64,000 bases of DNA, taken from assembly GCA_964057225.1 (NCBI GenBank), contig OZ059894.1, forward strand, positions 16,926,001 to 16,990,000, in the 5' to 3' direction. This stretch comes from Auanema rhodensis. Its lineage: Eukaryota; Animalia; Nematoda. A program made the position numbers and the translations under genes. The notes below the pieces were generated by a model that saw only the letters and a list, made by a program, of their open reading frames with translations, was not told the origin of the DNA and made no database searches. This document shows positions 50,549 through 64,000 of the stretch, in pieces (within the stretch, counting starts at the first letter, position 1; each line of letters starts with the position of its first letter).

Positions 50549-53500
50549 GCATATTGTATATATGTAAAGATTCAGAAAAGAAAAATACATAGGTTAACGA
50601 GTCAATTTCATAAGACTGTCCTCCAAGAGCCGATGCCAAAAAAAGTGACAAAGGATATAAAGATCAAGAAAAAAGAAATAGATTCTAGAAATATAGCCAA
50701 ACTATTAATATAATCTGAATAATCTATCTATAAATATGTTGAGGTTCAGGAAAACTTCGATAGGTTACGAATCGTTTAATCCAGTGTTCATCCACCTTAA
50801 TTATTGGGTTAAACGTTTCCGGAACAATAATATATAAATATAATATGTATGTGTATGTAACCATAACATGTAAATAACGTTTCAAATACTTTATTGAAAA
50901 TAAATAAATATTTTAACATTTATTTGAAACTTGTTTTACATATCTTCAAATTCTTTCCTTTTTTTTTCTAGAAAGTTTTATAAAAAATATTTTTTTCTAA
51001 TATTATCGATTTGAGATATGTATTCATAATTTTTTTAAAAAGGATGGATTAGTCATGTTGATCGTACATTGGCATTGACATAGTAAAAAAAAGTAAAAAT
51101 GAGGAAAAAGAAATGTTGAACGGATGAGAAAACCTAATATGAGAAAGATTCGTATATTTTGATGTTGGGAAAGCTGTAGGAATGTAAAAGGAACAACTTC
51201 ATTATAGTATAAAGAAATATGAATATACCAGACTTTAAGAGTTGTTATACTATATATGAATATACATATAGTATATACATTGAATGATATAATCCTTAAA
51301 TAATTATGGATTTATTGAAAACTATAGAGCTTTAATATGTTGTGTGAACATCTAGAAATCATTATTTTGAATATGAAGTTGCTTAATACGATGATAGGCT
51401 AAAACAAGAAGCGGAAACATCAAAGTCATTGTTATTATTGAGGCAGGCTTCAACTTTTTATTCTTAAAAAGAAATTAAAACGTTTTTCCTTATAGAATGA
51501 ACAAATGAAAGCTGAACCGCCTTGTATAAAGCGATGGCCGTAAGTTCGTTTCCTCGTTTTTTTTTTCTTAGTCAATGCAAACTATCCTGAAGACCAAATG
51601 AATGGATGGTAGAATGAAGAGGATAGGGGGGGGGGAAGGAAGGTATGGGTAAGTTTAACGTCGTTACTTTGTCCTTCCAAATCATCATTCTTTGAAAAAT
51701 CTCTATTGAAAGTTCGAAGGACGTTTAGAAATTATAAAATCCAATTTCAAATAGACTTTTTTTTGTGAAATGATAATATTTCTCGGTGCATAAGATTAAA
51801 AAATAGCATGAGTACACCGTATTATCAAACTTTTTTTTAGAAAAATGAAGAGAAATAAGAAATATACATCATAATAATTGGAAATTTCATTGAAAAAGCA
51901 ATTTCAAGGACAATATAATCTTATAAAAACAGAATGAAATTAGAAAAAAACATCTATATGTATATGTAGATATGATACTTAGAATTGGCATTCAGACGCC
52001 AACCTGCTCTGTGAGACTTAATTGTCCTTAACGAATAAAAATCCAACGAGTAGCTAGTAAACAGAAAGAAAAAAAGATAAGCAAAGAGATAAAAAAGGTT
52101 TGAATGTTTACAAAATTTGCATAATTTCTCCAAAAGTACCAGTACAACGTGAGTTGCTGACGTGAACGCCTACATATGTCATTTTTTGATGACGGATGCA
52201 TAAAGCGGTTGCTTTTCATTTTTGAAAAGAAATGGAAAAAAATTTATTTTGCAATAACTAATTTCAGAAAAATTTAAAGAAAAAAAGTAGGAAGAACAAA
52301 ATTACAGTGTTGGAAAAGCTGGAAAATGTATAAACAAACAAACGATCGTATTTGAAGAAAAAGAAGTTGTACAAGAAATAAATCTCGCTTTTACTCTTCT
52401 TCCTATTTTCCTTTTCTTCTTCTACTTTCTTTTTTTATTTCATCTAATACAATTCTCATAATACTAGTTAGGAAAATGCGTGTTCATGTTGTCTGTGGGA
52501 CATGAACATTGAGTCAAAAGATATAATGTTTTTTACTGAAACTCACTTTTAAAAAAAGAACAAGTATGAGTAAAATTTCACAATATTCAATTGCTATATA
52601 ACTAGTTAAAGTGATATCATTTTTACTATAACAAGGCATACATATAGATCAAAGTTTAATACGTTGCTATAACTTTTATATTTATAGCTATGGATTTAAA
52701 AAGGTTAAAAAAATGCTGATGATTTCAAACATATGTACATATATAGTTTGACAGTTTTCTGAGATACATGCAGTCATGCTGTGAATGGTCAATACCCAAA
52801 AGCCAGGTAAACAGAAGAGACAAGACGAAATATGGCCAAGAATGAATCAGAAAGATTCTTTCCTTTGAGGTGTCAATATTCATCATAATCTTTCAAAATG
52901 GTTTCGGTAAAGGGATAGTCGCTTAGTGAAAGTTTACATGTTCAAGAAATATGAATAGAGAATATGAAGATACATATACATATGCATATAGAGTGATTGA
53001 CTTCAAGAGAAAAAGAGAAAATAAAAGATAATTCTTTTATAATTAATTATAATAAATGAAAATATATTATATATATTATATATATTATATATAATATTAT
53101 ATTATATTTATACATACATATTTATCCAGAAAATTTTTATAGAAAAATTTAAATATAAAAACTGAACATTGAATGTTCTGAATAGTTTATTTGAATATTT
53201 AATGATACCAAGTTAGATTCGCTTCTAAAATTTTCATGGCAGTTATGTAAATTTAGCTTGAAAAGGTTTTCAGATAAGAAAATTTTCTTAAGAATTTAGT
53301 TGGATGCAGAAGCGTGGATGTCAATTAACTCTCATGAGAATTCATGAAAGACTATGATCTCCAAACATGTATGTTCATTCAGAATATATTCTTTTTCAGA
53401 AAATTTTGTTTAGACAAAACAAAGTAGAAAAGCTGTATGTAAAAGGAAAAAATGTGAGAATAGGACACACAAGTTGTTTCGCATGTTCCGAACTGGACAC

Positions 53501-55786
53501 TTAATAAACGTGAATGATGGAACCGGAAGGATTTATGACGGAACAAGGAGCGGGAATAACGTAAATATGAAAAAATTGATTGTACAAAGCTTTTCTAAGA
53601 AAAAAAAAAGAGATTTTATGGTGATCGCTAGATGGTTAAACTAACAAGACTATGGTGATGTAACGTGTAAAAAGCATCCGAAAAAAGTGTGACACATGCA
53701 ATAACAAATAATAAATAAAGAATAACTAATATTCCTGAAGGCGAAAGGTGATAAAGCATATTATCTAAAGTCGTTGAAAAAACTGTTTTATTGGAGTTTG
53801 AAATAGAAGTAAGAAAGAAGAGAGAAAGAAGAATCTGAAAAAGAGATTATATAAGAATCTTTGTTGACCTTTAATACCAAAATATTGTTGGCAAATATGA
53901 AATAGATACACACGTGCCATAGCTTTAAAAATGTATTAAGAACTGTTAGAATATTTCTTCAAATCGTCAAATAGAACCGGAAAAAACGAATTGCCTTTTC
54001 CGATAGACATAGTATATTCGTATGACTGTTTTGGAAAAAAATACCCTCGCTGACTAAGGAAATATGTGAAACAGATTAAGGAAGGTCTCAATACAATGAT
54101 CTGTTTCCTAACTCCAATTGCTCAAACTTTAAACTGGATCATGCATCAAGTTTTATAAGTTTCTGGCTTCAAGCTCTTGAAATTGCGCCAAGTGACCAGG
54201 ACAAGAACCGTAATCCAGTTAGACATGTTGCATGTCTTCCGGAACAAATATGGGAATTTTCTTAAAAAACAACTATTTTAGACTTTCAAGTTGTGAAAAA
54301 CCATAAGAGAATGAAAGGATTTTCAATTAAAAAGTTCTGAATTTAAAAAAAATTATGTTTCGTTCTTAAATTCTTATATTAATCACAAAAATTTTAACAT
54401 ATAGCTAGACACAGGTTCTAGATGTCATCGTATTTGTTTGTTTTCTTCTTCAAAGACTTCTAATACGTAACGTAATCTTTCTTTCTCTGTCTGCCTTTCT
54501 ATCGTCACCAGCTTATATTCTATGAAATAGTGATTCTCTCAATGGAAATATGTAGAATTTAAATAAAAATATGAATATTCAGAAGCTAAAACTATTTTTT
54601 TAAAAGAAAGAATTAGGACTATAGTATTAGTTATAATAATAATATTGCTTATATAACTTTAGTAAATATCTGAATAAATTATGAATATCGGATTTTTTTT
54701 TTGAAGTTTTTGTAAATGTAAATGTAAAATAAATCTGAAGTTTTGATAAACGATCTAGTGAAGTTGACATTTAAAGTTTGAATAGATCAGAATAAATACT
54801 TAAATCAGATCGTTATATGGGAAAAAAATAAATAAAAACTATTGTATTGTCGATTTGAGCAGAATCTGAAAGCTTTATGTCATAAGATACTGTCCCTGCA
54901 AGATTTTTTTTCTGAAAAAAAAAGTCAAAAGCGTGACTTCGTTTTACCGTCAAATGTAGCTTATTGATAAATGAAACTAATTATGTTGTTATGTTTGTTT
55001 TTATAATAATAAAAATTATTATTTTCATTTTATGAATCAATTTTTATGTTTTATAATATATACAATTGAAATGTTTAACTTATTTTTAACATATATCATT
55101 CTTTTTGAATAAAAAGATTTTAAAATAAAAAAATATTATTAATAAATTGAATGAAGAAATTACGAGGGATGATTGTGGCAGAGAGAAAGAATGTTTGATG
55201 GATGAATAAGAATAACACATTTAAAACAAAAATCATAATAATTATCTGAATATTACTGAAAATTATGGAAGACATTCAAAATGTAATATTGAAAAAAAAA
55301 TAAATATCTGAATATGATACATATTGATAGAATACAAATAAAAATAAAATAAAAACAATAAAAAGTAAACATAATATTATTGCTAAGAAAGAAGATGGCA
55401 CAATCTTATAATAACGTAATTAATATGATAACGTGCGATTGGAAGTTGGAGGAATGGAGATTGGAGATAAGTAGATACAGTACCGATTGAAGCATTTTTC
55501 ATCTTCTCGGATTTTTATGAAAAATTGAAAAATATAAAACGAACCGTTTCGAGCATCATAATCATTTTGTCGATTTTAGCTAGAAATCAAATATACTTGA
55601 TCTGATATGAATCGAATATATTCATTTCTAATCAAGTTTAACGAAACTACTGTTTATATGTTCTGTTACATATTCAACACTAGATACGGAAGATTAGAAA
55701 TTGTGGTAAACTCTGATAAAACGACAATAAAACCATTTACAAATCTGAGATCAATTCAATAATCTCAAATACACGCTATTAAACAG

Positions 55787-58700
55787 TTAACTTTGTTGAT
55801 TATAATTCAAATTCGAAATATTAGCTGTTTGTTGACAGCTCATCCTTAAGGCTAAAGATTTCTGGTAGAAATCATCATCGGCTCCGGCAAACTGAGTGAT
55901 GGAAGAGCTAAAGGTGGAATCATTAGAATCGAAATAAGAGAAGTATTACTTAATTTGTTTTTATAATAGGATATGAGATGGAATAATTTTAAAGTTAAAA
56001 AAGAAAATTTTGATTTATTATGTTTTTCAATAAAAATGTTTTTGTTATTTTAACACGATCAATTATAAGATTTTCAACTATTATTAATCCTCCTCCTTAT
56101 TCTATTGATCATATGGTTAGCAAATAGCTGGTTTTTATAATTTTTAATTGATAGTTATGGACTTACTTAGTAATAGGTGAGGTGAACGAATTAGCTGAGT
56201 ATGGGGGAGTTGCGGTAGGATAAGGCATCTGTCGCGGGTAGGTGGGATACCTGAGTAGAATAATTAGTAAAATATAATTATTATACTGTATATGTACCAT
56301 GAAAAAGTATCTCTATTTGTTGGTAATGATGGATACATTCCTTGTCTCATGATGTTTCCTGCGGGAGTTGCTGAGAATAAGCCTTGGTGTGGGTTTAAAG
56401 CCTAAAATAATGATCATCAACTTAATATATTATTATTTATATTGATATACAAACCTTATTCAACTGTTTCTCTTGCTTACGATGTTTAGCTCGCCGATTT
56501 TGAAACCAAACCTGCAAGTTTAAGGGTTAATAAATATTTTTGAACATTTGTTTTGCAAAAACTACAGTATGCCCAATAGGCGAAAATTTAACTATTAACC
56601 CCTCCCCCCCTCCACTATGCCAAAGCCTACCAAACGTCTTATCATATATATTTTTGGTATATTCTCCATATATCTTAACCATTTCTTGTTCTACTATATT
56701 GGTATAAAACTGCTATAGTCATATCTATGTTTGTCGCTTCTGTTCTGAATATTCAGATGAGAGAGTACGTTGAAGCAAAGCGATGTTGGATAAGGGTTGA
56801 AGGGGGAGGCTGAATGCAATGCGGCGATAATTCAATTGGGTGCCGTATGAGAGCAGAACGAAGAAGGATTGATTAGAGTAGGAAAGAAGAGAAGCATGAG
56901 CACACACATACACACATACACGCAGAAACAAACACAGTTTTTATCTTCTTTTTTTTCTTTTTGTTAGCACCCTTTTCCCATTTTCCTGCTATCTCTACTA
57001 TAGAAGCTGAGATGAAGACGATGAACTAAAGCTTTGATCTAGATAGAAGGGTTACGGTAAGCTGAAGGCTAACTGTCAGTACTTCGATAACAAATTGAAA
57101 AGTATTGATGACTTGAACGAAAAAAAAATAGACAATTAGAGGAACTAAACAAAAATTGTAAGCCTTGTTTAGCTATCTTCTTTTCCGTTTTCATTTTAAA
57201 AAAAAAAGTTAGAGTTGTATGGTACATAAATGGAAAAGCTCTTGAGCAAAATATAAAAAAGCTGCTACAAAGCTCGTTTTTCGTTCAATAACTTGATGTA
57301 GAACATACCAAGTTTTTCAGAAACGAACTATACATGTTAGAGAATACACAATGTTAAATGATTTACATGGAGCAATTGAATATTTTGAGATAATAAATTG
57401 TGTAGGTATCATAGTAAGTTGCTGTTCTGTATGATTTTTTGTAGTTCATTGTCCCCTTCTGTTCAATAAAAATCTAAGTGTGTGGTAAGCTTCCGAAAGA
57501 GCATAGCTAATCATGTCTAATTGTGCTCTTGGTCCGGTAATTAGATCAGTCGGAGCTTGATATCAAGACAGGACACGAAATCGGCGTTTTCCTTTTTCCC
57601 TCTCTTCCTCTATCTTTTCCTCTTCTTGCTTCACGTCCCTCGCGTCGGCTAAGCATGCGAGTCTAAATTGCGCTGTCGTCGACCACTTTTGGCTACCGTA
57701 ATCTGACGATGGAGTAAAACCAGACTAGAGAAGGAGCTGCAGAGCTATTTCCTTTTTCTGAAGCCCTCGAGGCGGAGGCTCACAAATATGAGTCTATGTA
57801 ATCAATAAAAGCTATAGAACTAAAGTTGTAAGAAAGCATTGAACATATAACCATATCGTCAAAAGCTGTGATATGTATGAAGACATTGAAGTCATCCAAT
57901 GAGTCTGTACCTCAGTACTTTCGCTTTGAAACTAGAATTAGGATACTAGACGAAAGTTATTATTAACTTTAACAGATTGACTGATCAAAAAAACAGATAA
58001 TAGCTCAGATTCAAATTGCTTGGAAAATTAAATCGTCATCTTCTTCTCTAGGCAACAAGATTACATTGCTCATACAAAGACTCTTCGCTCCGATAAGATG
58101 GCAGACTGACTGCCTATGTCTGTCTAGACTATGTGTATGGGTGTTCCGTCTAAACCCAATACATTAAATAGAATTTAGTTTATTGCATAAATTATACAGA
58201 TTCGATTCCCGACCACACATCGTGGGAAAGTGGATAAGAGCGTGGGAAGATTTGTCTGAAGGGATTCCCCCAAACGAAAGATACAGGTATAACTGGCATG
58301 TATCAGTATCGTATCAGTTGCAAATTGATGTTTCAACTATTTATCTTGTTTTGTCTTACTTCAAAGACATTTAGAACATTCTTCCACGCTCTCCTTTTCT
58401 ATCCCTCAGAATTCGAATATGTTATTTCTTTTTTTTGCAAATAATAATAATCGTCGACCTTGCTCGAACACGTTCAGACAGTCTGCTTCATCTGCCTCTG
58501 TTTTGAAGAGAAGATTAAGCATAAGTCATTCGAGTAGTCAGAAAGCAGTGTACTGTACCAGATGCTGGCACACCCTGGGGGGTCTAAGCCAGTATGCCTA
58601 GTATACAAGTAAGTATTCAAAACGTTCCAGAAAGAGAGCATGTTGTTATGAGTACATCTTCTTTAACAATTGCAGAACAGCAAGTCTCAAAAAAAGTAAA

Positions 58701-61700
58701 ATTAAGAATAAGAATGAGCATTTTGTCCTGTATCATCTTCATAGCAATTAGTTCTACCTAACCCAAATTAGCACACATGTCGCGCTCTCTGATTTCTTCA
58801 GTCACCTGATGGCGGATGTTCCTGCACACAGGCCATCTGAGGTCATTTCGAAGTATATAGAGAACCTGCAGAAATTAGTTGTTGTATTACTTCTTCCACC
58901 ACAGGGTGCCAATAGCCTCAGCATGCCCGGCTGGTCTGGCATGCCAGCTCAGTCGCTTATAATAATCTGTCTCAACGTCGATACGGTAATTGCCTATTGG
59001 TTCTTAATTGGCGGGTACATTTGGCCTAAGATGACCAATTGTTTTTAACCCCCTTCCCTTAGTTAATATGACATGATCTCCACTGACAAAATAGAAAATA
59101 CTGCAAAAAGTACTGTCCAGGTGTTTTGCATGATTGGATTAGAGATGACTTTATCCAAAATCACACAGCAGGACATTACGTAAACGTACGGCTGTCAGAC
59201 ACCCAAACCAATCTTATATAATCTTTACTATGTTTATAGTCATAATATATCTGATATTTCTAAATATATAATACAAACCTGAATTCGAGCTTCATTCAAT
59301 TTGGTGATTCTCGCTAATTCCTCGCGAACATAGATATCGGGGTAATGGCTTTTCTGGAAGGCATTATCAAGTTCTGCTAGCTGTTCCTGAGTGAATGTTG
59401 TTCGATGACGTCTCCTACAGCTAAAAAGAAACAGTTTCAAAGTTGGATTTTAGCAATTACCTGGCGGGAGTGCTAGGTACACCAGCTAGACTACTGGAAA
59501 ACACATTCCCCACACTTTCTGTTTTGATTTTCTTGAAAGCTCCTTCAGTCAAATCTGAAAATACCCCTTGTCACATATTCTATGCTTATCATTTTTTTCT
59601 TGTTTACAGCTCTTTTGAGCAAATTTTACTGTTAATTATGGCATTAGATAATATTATTTGGATATTTCTATTCAACTTTAGTTCGTAGGAAGATAATAGG
59701 TTAGAGATTAGGCAACAACTTGCCAGCATGACTACAATAGTTCAATTGTTGAAGATAGACAAGTTAATATCCAGAAGAACATGAGATAGTTACTTAAGAG
59801 GAACAAACACAACCCAGGAGTCATGTACAAAGACAGGGACAGATGTGTGAAGGGGGCTTAAATGTGCGCGAAGACGATGAGTCAATTGTCCTCTCCAATT
59901 CTTTTCCGTGAATTGAAAGAGATTCGCAAGAAAGGAGAAAAGGAGAGAAAAAAAAGCATAGAGAACAGAAGATAGAGAGGTTTAGAAAGGGTAAGATTAG
60001 TCAAGGATAGACAGAATGACTGAAAGTAGCAGAAGATTGGGGAAGATACTCGAGAATTAACTCCAAATTTGGAACAGATATTCATCTGTCTCCTTATACT
60101 AATCGACTGATGTGTTTCTTAACCGATTAGTGGATCCTTATTTCTTCCAACAACAGGCACCAGCTATTTTAAGCTTAATCCTTTTCAGATGTTGGTAATC
60201 TTAAAAATTGAATCGAATGGTATACAGACTGTAGCTTTTCCCTTAGCTGCAGTTTCACATTACATCATCATATTTCATATTATTGAAACAACGTCCTCAA
60301 AGTGTATGTGTAAGAAAAAGAAGTATATAGCTATCTATCTCTGATCATTTTCGTCAAAAAAAAAACAATCAGTTGCTTGAAAAGACTAAGGATGTCCTGG
60401 AACCTACTGAAATGGCACACATAAGGGTAACTTCGAAAACATCGTTATGCGTCAACGGCAAGGCGGGGGAAAATATTTTTGGAAGCCCATCGACTTGCTG
60501 TCTCTTCTTTAACATCCAAATATGGTCTACATGACAACAGAGTAAAGTAAAAGCAAATCATGAGCTGCTGCGAATGAAAGAGAGAAAGGCCTTTATCAAG
60601 CTGCATGATTTGAGAAAACGTATAGTCTGTATAGATATATTTCATATATCAGAAATATGAAAATGATTAAAAACAGATGAAGAAGAGAGTTCAGCTTCTG
60701 TTCAATGATCACTTGATGTAGCGTTATCGAGTTCAAGCGAAGAAATTCATAGTTCTTGGTAAGCATATCAATTACTTCAAAACGTTCAGTTCATTGAACA
60801 AGACTATCAATTCCAAAGATTCAGTATTTGAACGTTAGATTTACAAATGAGCTAATTGGAATAGATCTGGAATCAAAAACCCTTGCTTATAGATAGCTTT
60901 GATGTTATAAATTCAAAAAGAACTAAAGAACATTATTGAATGAGAAAAAGATGAATAGATGATATTCGAGTTAAGAAATAAAGAAAAATGAATATACAGC
61001 AGAAGAGAATAAAATCTGAAATTTATAAAATGTGTTTGAACATACCTGCTGCTGATGGATCTCCTAATGGTCGTAAACTAGCACTCACAGCATCTTGGGG
61101 TGTTCCATAATACACAGAAAAGTCATGTAAAGCAGCACCAAGATCTTTACTTTTGTTGGAAACATCCTTAAACTTAATAATAATATGAATACATGAGATG
61201 ATTCAAATGAAAGGCTGTTTCATGTCAGCTATGGATTAGATAATCCAACAAATCAGTATTACTGGATAATAGTAAATGATAAGTTAGTTGGGCGTTTGGT
61301 TTGAAAAATTTGATATTTCTTACAGATGGAAATGATAACGTTCTAGATGAGCACGAGCTAAAATCCGAAAGAGCGAATGCAAGATGCATGCCTGTGTATG
61401 TGGCTGTGCGTAAGGCCCCAGTCACTTCACAATCAAATTTCCATAATGAGTTTATGAGACGAAATATGGGCAGAAAAGTTAATTATTGGACCTCCTACAG
61501 TAGGGATGAGACTTAAAGAACAGACATAGATGAATACTGATTGAATTCATAGGTGTGAAAAACATGTATCACTTTGGCAGAGATCAAGCCAAATGTGAAT
61601 TTGGAATTGTAACCACACGAGGGTACCATACTTAAACAATACAACATACCTGTGAAGATGGCTGACTATTCGTTGTAGTTGTAGTTGTTGATGTTGAATT

Positions 61701-61718
61701 GTCGATTGATTCACTCAT
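55787..61718 (-). CDS. unc-42: Paired-like Q50 (Prop1-like) homeodomain transcription factor, 8 exons
   Basis: Exons 61650-61718, ~61046-61166, 59461-~59553, ~59279-59414, ~56455-56511, ~56298-56401, ~56168-56250, 55787-55907. Homeodomain [46 protein letters not shown]|[16 protein letters not shown] with the typical Q/V intron position; C-terminal [12 protein letters not shown]. Ortholog assigned from recalled similarity to C. elegans UNC-42. Confidence 0.9.
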
Positions 61719-61781
61719 GATACGTAAACGTACTGCTGGATTGTGGCTCTGACTAAAAAAGGTATGAGCACTGAACTGACT

Positions 61782-61807
61782 GGGCTGGGCTTCGGGTTTG
61801 GGCTGGG
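61782..61807 (+). other. G-quadruplex-forming motif upstream of unc-42 ATG
   Basis: GGG-CT-GGG-CTTC-GGG-TTT-GGG-CT-GGG: five G3 tracts with loops of 2-4 nt. Confidence 0.7.
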
Positions 61808-64000
61808 CCCCGGACGGACGGACGACGTACGAGAGAGAAATAAGAGAAGAAGAAGGAACTGGAGAGGGAGACAGAAAGAGAGAGTAAGGAAAACTAGAAC
61901 AGGATAAGGGAGAGGGAAAGAGAGGGAGAGAGAAAGGAAAAATAGAAATAGAAAGGTTCACATACAAAGCTGGAGCAGAAGTTGTAAGCAACAGAATAGA
62001 AGTGGAAGTAAAACGAAGACATTGCCTACCATAGCGATGACGGAAAGAAGAAGAAAATGATGATATGGAAGTAACTGGACGAACAAACTAGGAAACTTTC
62101 TTTGCAAAAAATTCAGATCTGTGATTGTGACAGCACAGTTTTCTAACGAATGTTCTATTCCGCTTGAAAGAAGATCATCTAAGAGAGATCAAGAAAAATT
62201 TTACAGTAGAAGGAGTAAAAGAAATAAAGACGGACGCAGAGAGAATAAGAAAAAATATAACGAGAAATTATCAAAAGGAGATTTTGCCAAAAGCGAAGAG
62301 AGAAGCACAGAAAGAAGAGAGCGAAATACAACTAAGAAAGACGTAGAAACCTCAAGAGACGATCACATAATCAGAGATTCTACTATGGCCTCGAGGTATA
62401 GGCAGTTTCGAGAGAGAGCTAGAGAGAAAGGAACCATGGAGAGAACGAGACAGACTTTCATCCACATGGCACTACCGTATGCCATGCGTTTTGCTGCTCT
62501 TTACTAGCTGGTCGGAGGCCTTCCTCTCCTCCTCTCATCTACCCCTGTCTCTGAGCTTGTCTCCACCCACTTTTTCCACAGCTTGAGTTGAAGGCTGAGA
62601 CAATTGCTGTGTGTCTCATATATTGGCATGGTCTCTAGGAGATAGCCACGCCTCCGCGGAGCTGCTTGATTGGCTCGCCTGATCCAATTATCAGCCACTC
62701 GGGCCTTTTTCCACAGAAAGTAGAAGGCAGACAAGTCTGTTCGATAAGCTTAGCCCTAGGGGCAGAAGGAGAAAAGATAGGGGCGAATGTGCCTGAGGAG
62801 AAGGGAGAGTGGGGAGTACTGATTCGGTTATGATAATGTGATGCTCTCATACATACACATTCATATAAGAAGCTAACTCGTGTAAGCATACTACATAAGA
62901 GCAACTAGCCTATAGCTGCCGAAAGCTTCATGATTTATTTTATAAAAAAAAACAATTTTTTTCTTTTTATCCAAATATCATTTGCAGTATTTGTTTATTA
63001 TTTTTGTTTATAATCGTGAAAATTAGCTTAACATAAGAAAAAAAGAAAAAAAAAGAAATAAGTTAAATAGATTTAGGTAAAGTAATTCAATGAGCATTGT
63101 CTTCTTTTTCCAATTGTTCCTGCAATTCACTTCAGCATTCCATTTTTCTCCTTACCAGTCTGTCGGTGCCTTGTCTATGAAGCACGTTTCAAATCCTCTT
63201 TTTCTTCAAAAAAATGATATTTTTGTATTATTTTCTGTTATTCTAGCACCTAATATCTACTGCTGTCTCAAGTCTTCATAAACTCAACGTTTCCTTTCAC
63301 GCAAACACCAGTGCTTGCCATTTTCGTTTGAAACTCACTTTTCAACCATGTGATCATATCTCAAACAAAGTTCTTGAAATTACTTCAAATACAGTACATT
63401 CAACTTCAGTTCATCTGGTACAGCCTGAATTAGTTCACTTGTCCTGATTGTCGATGTCGATGTCGATGATGGATGCCGCAACTATATTAATATTCTGATG
63501 TTGTGTATTTGTTGGAAGACAGAAAAGTCATATACAACATATAATGTCAAATGATTTGTTCTGCTTTGAACTTACTATATGTATGTATATAAGTATAATC
63601 TATTTAAAATATATAACATACATGCATATGTATAATACCATATACTACATGCTTGCATATGTATGCTAGAAGTAGTATATAGAAGGTTAGAGAATCAATA
63701 TTAACCAAATGTCTTTTTACATATACAATGTACATGTATAGCTGAATATTAAAAAGATCCAAGACAGCCGGATGTTTCTTAATTTTTTGTCATCCAGATG
63801 AGTATCCTTTACACATACACACCATCTGAGCATGATCCGCCTTGTCAAGTGGCTCTCAGATTGCGCAAGCCAAAAGGCAAAAAGATATTGGAGCACAGTG
63901 ATCGTCATCATGTTCACAGCCTTATTAGTATTCTCTAAGAGGTGAAGTGCTCGTCGATAGAATAATAATTCAATGAAAAACCTATACATTGAACCATCTT

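Noticed and set aside
51178-51200. GGAATGTAAA resembling miR-1
   Set aside because: Only a partial match and no hairpin.
58040-58058. X-box-like GTTGCCTAGAGAAG in an unc-42 intron; half-sites at ~18615 and ~32627
   Set aside because: Mismatch at an invariant base or half-sites only; not promoter-proximal.
62121-62507. 128-aa charged plus-strand ORF upstream of unc-42
   Set aside because: Purine-rich low complexity, GTG start, no domain; consistent with promoter composition.

Overview
Very AT-rich eukaryotic genomic DNA from a nematode, probably a clade V rhabditid (inferred from gene content, ~45-nt modal introns, TTTCAG-type acceptors and an X-box; species not identifiable). Most supplied ORFs are spurious or are exon fragments, so I spliced the genes by hand. 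Six multi-exon genes are supported: (1) the 3' part of a receptor guanylyl cyclase (+, 83-1972); (2) a 110-aa bZIP protein with an atypical basic region (+, 3217-3832); (3) a SYT14/16-type, Ca2+-independent, apparently TM-less synaptotagmin (-, 4235-17253); (4) dynein-2 light intermediate chain xbx-1 with a perfect X-box (+, 24426-26114); (5) Girdin/Daple grdn-1, ~34 exons, ending VWYEYGCV (-, 26721-45540); (6) the Prop1-like homeobox gene unc-42 (-, 55787-61718). No tRNA, rRNA, CRISPR or intact transposon was seen. The most interesting signals are three in-phase candidate internal first exons in grdn-1 that would replace the Hook domain with short basic leaders, a dispersed ~33-bp TCGCG/ACGTG element, P3 homeodomain-dimer sites and a G-quadruplex motif at unc-42, and the Asn-to-Arg bZIP. 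All isoform and regulatory calls are predictions without transcript data.
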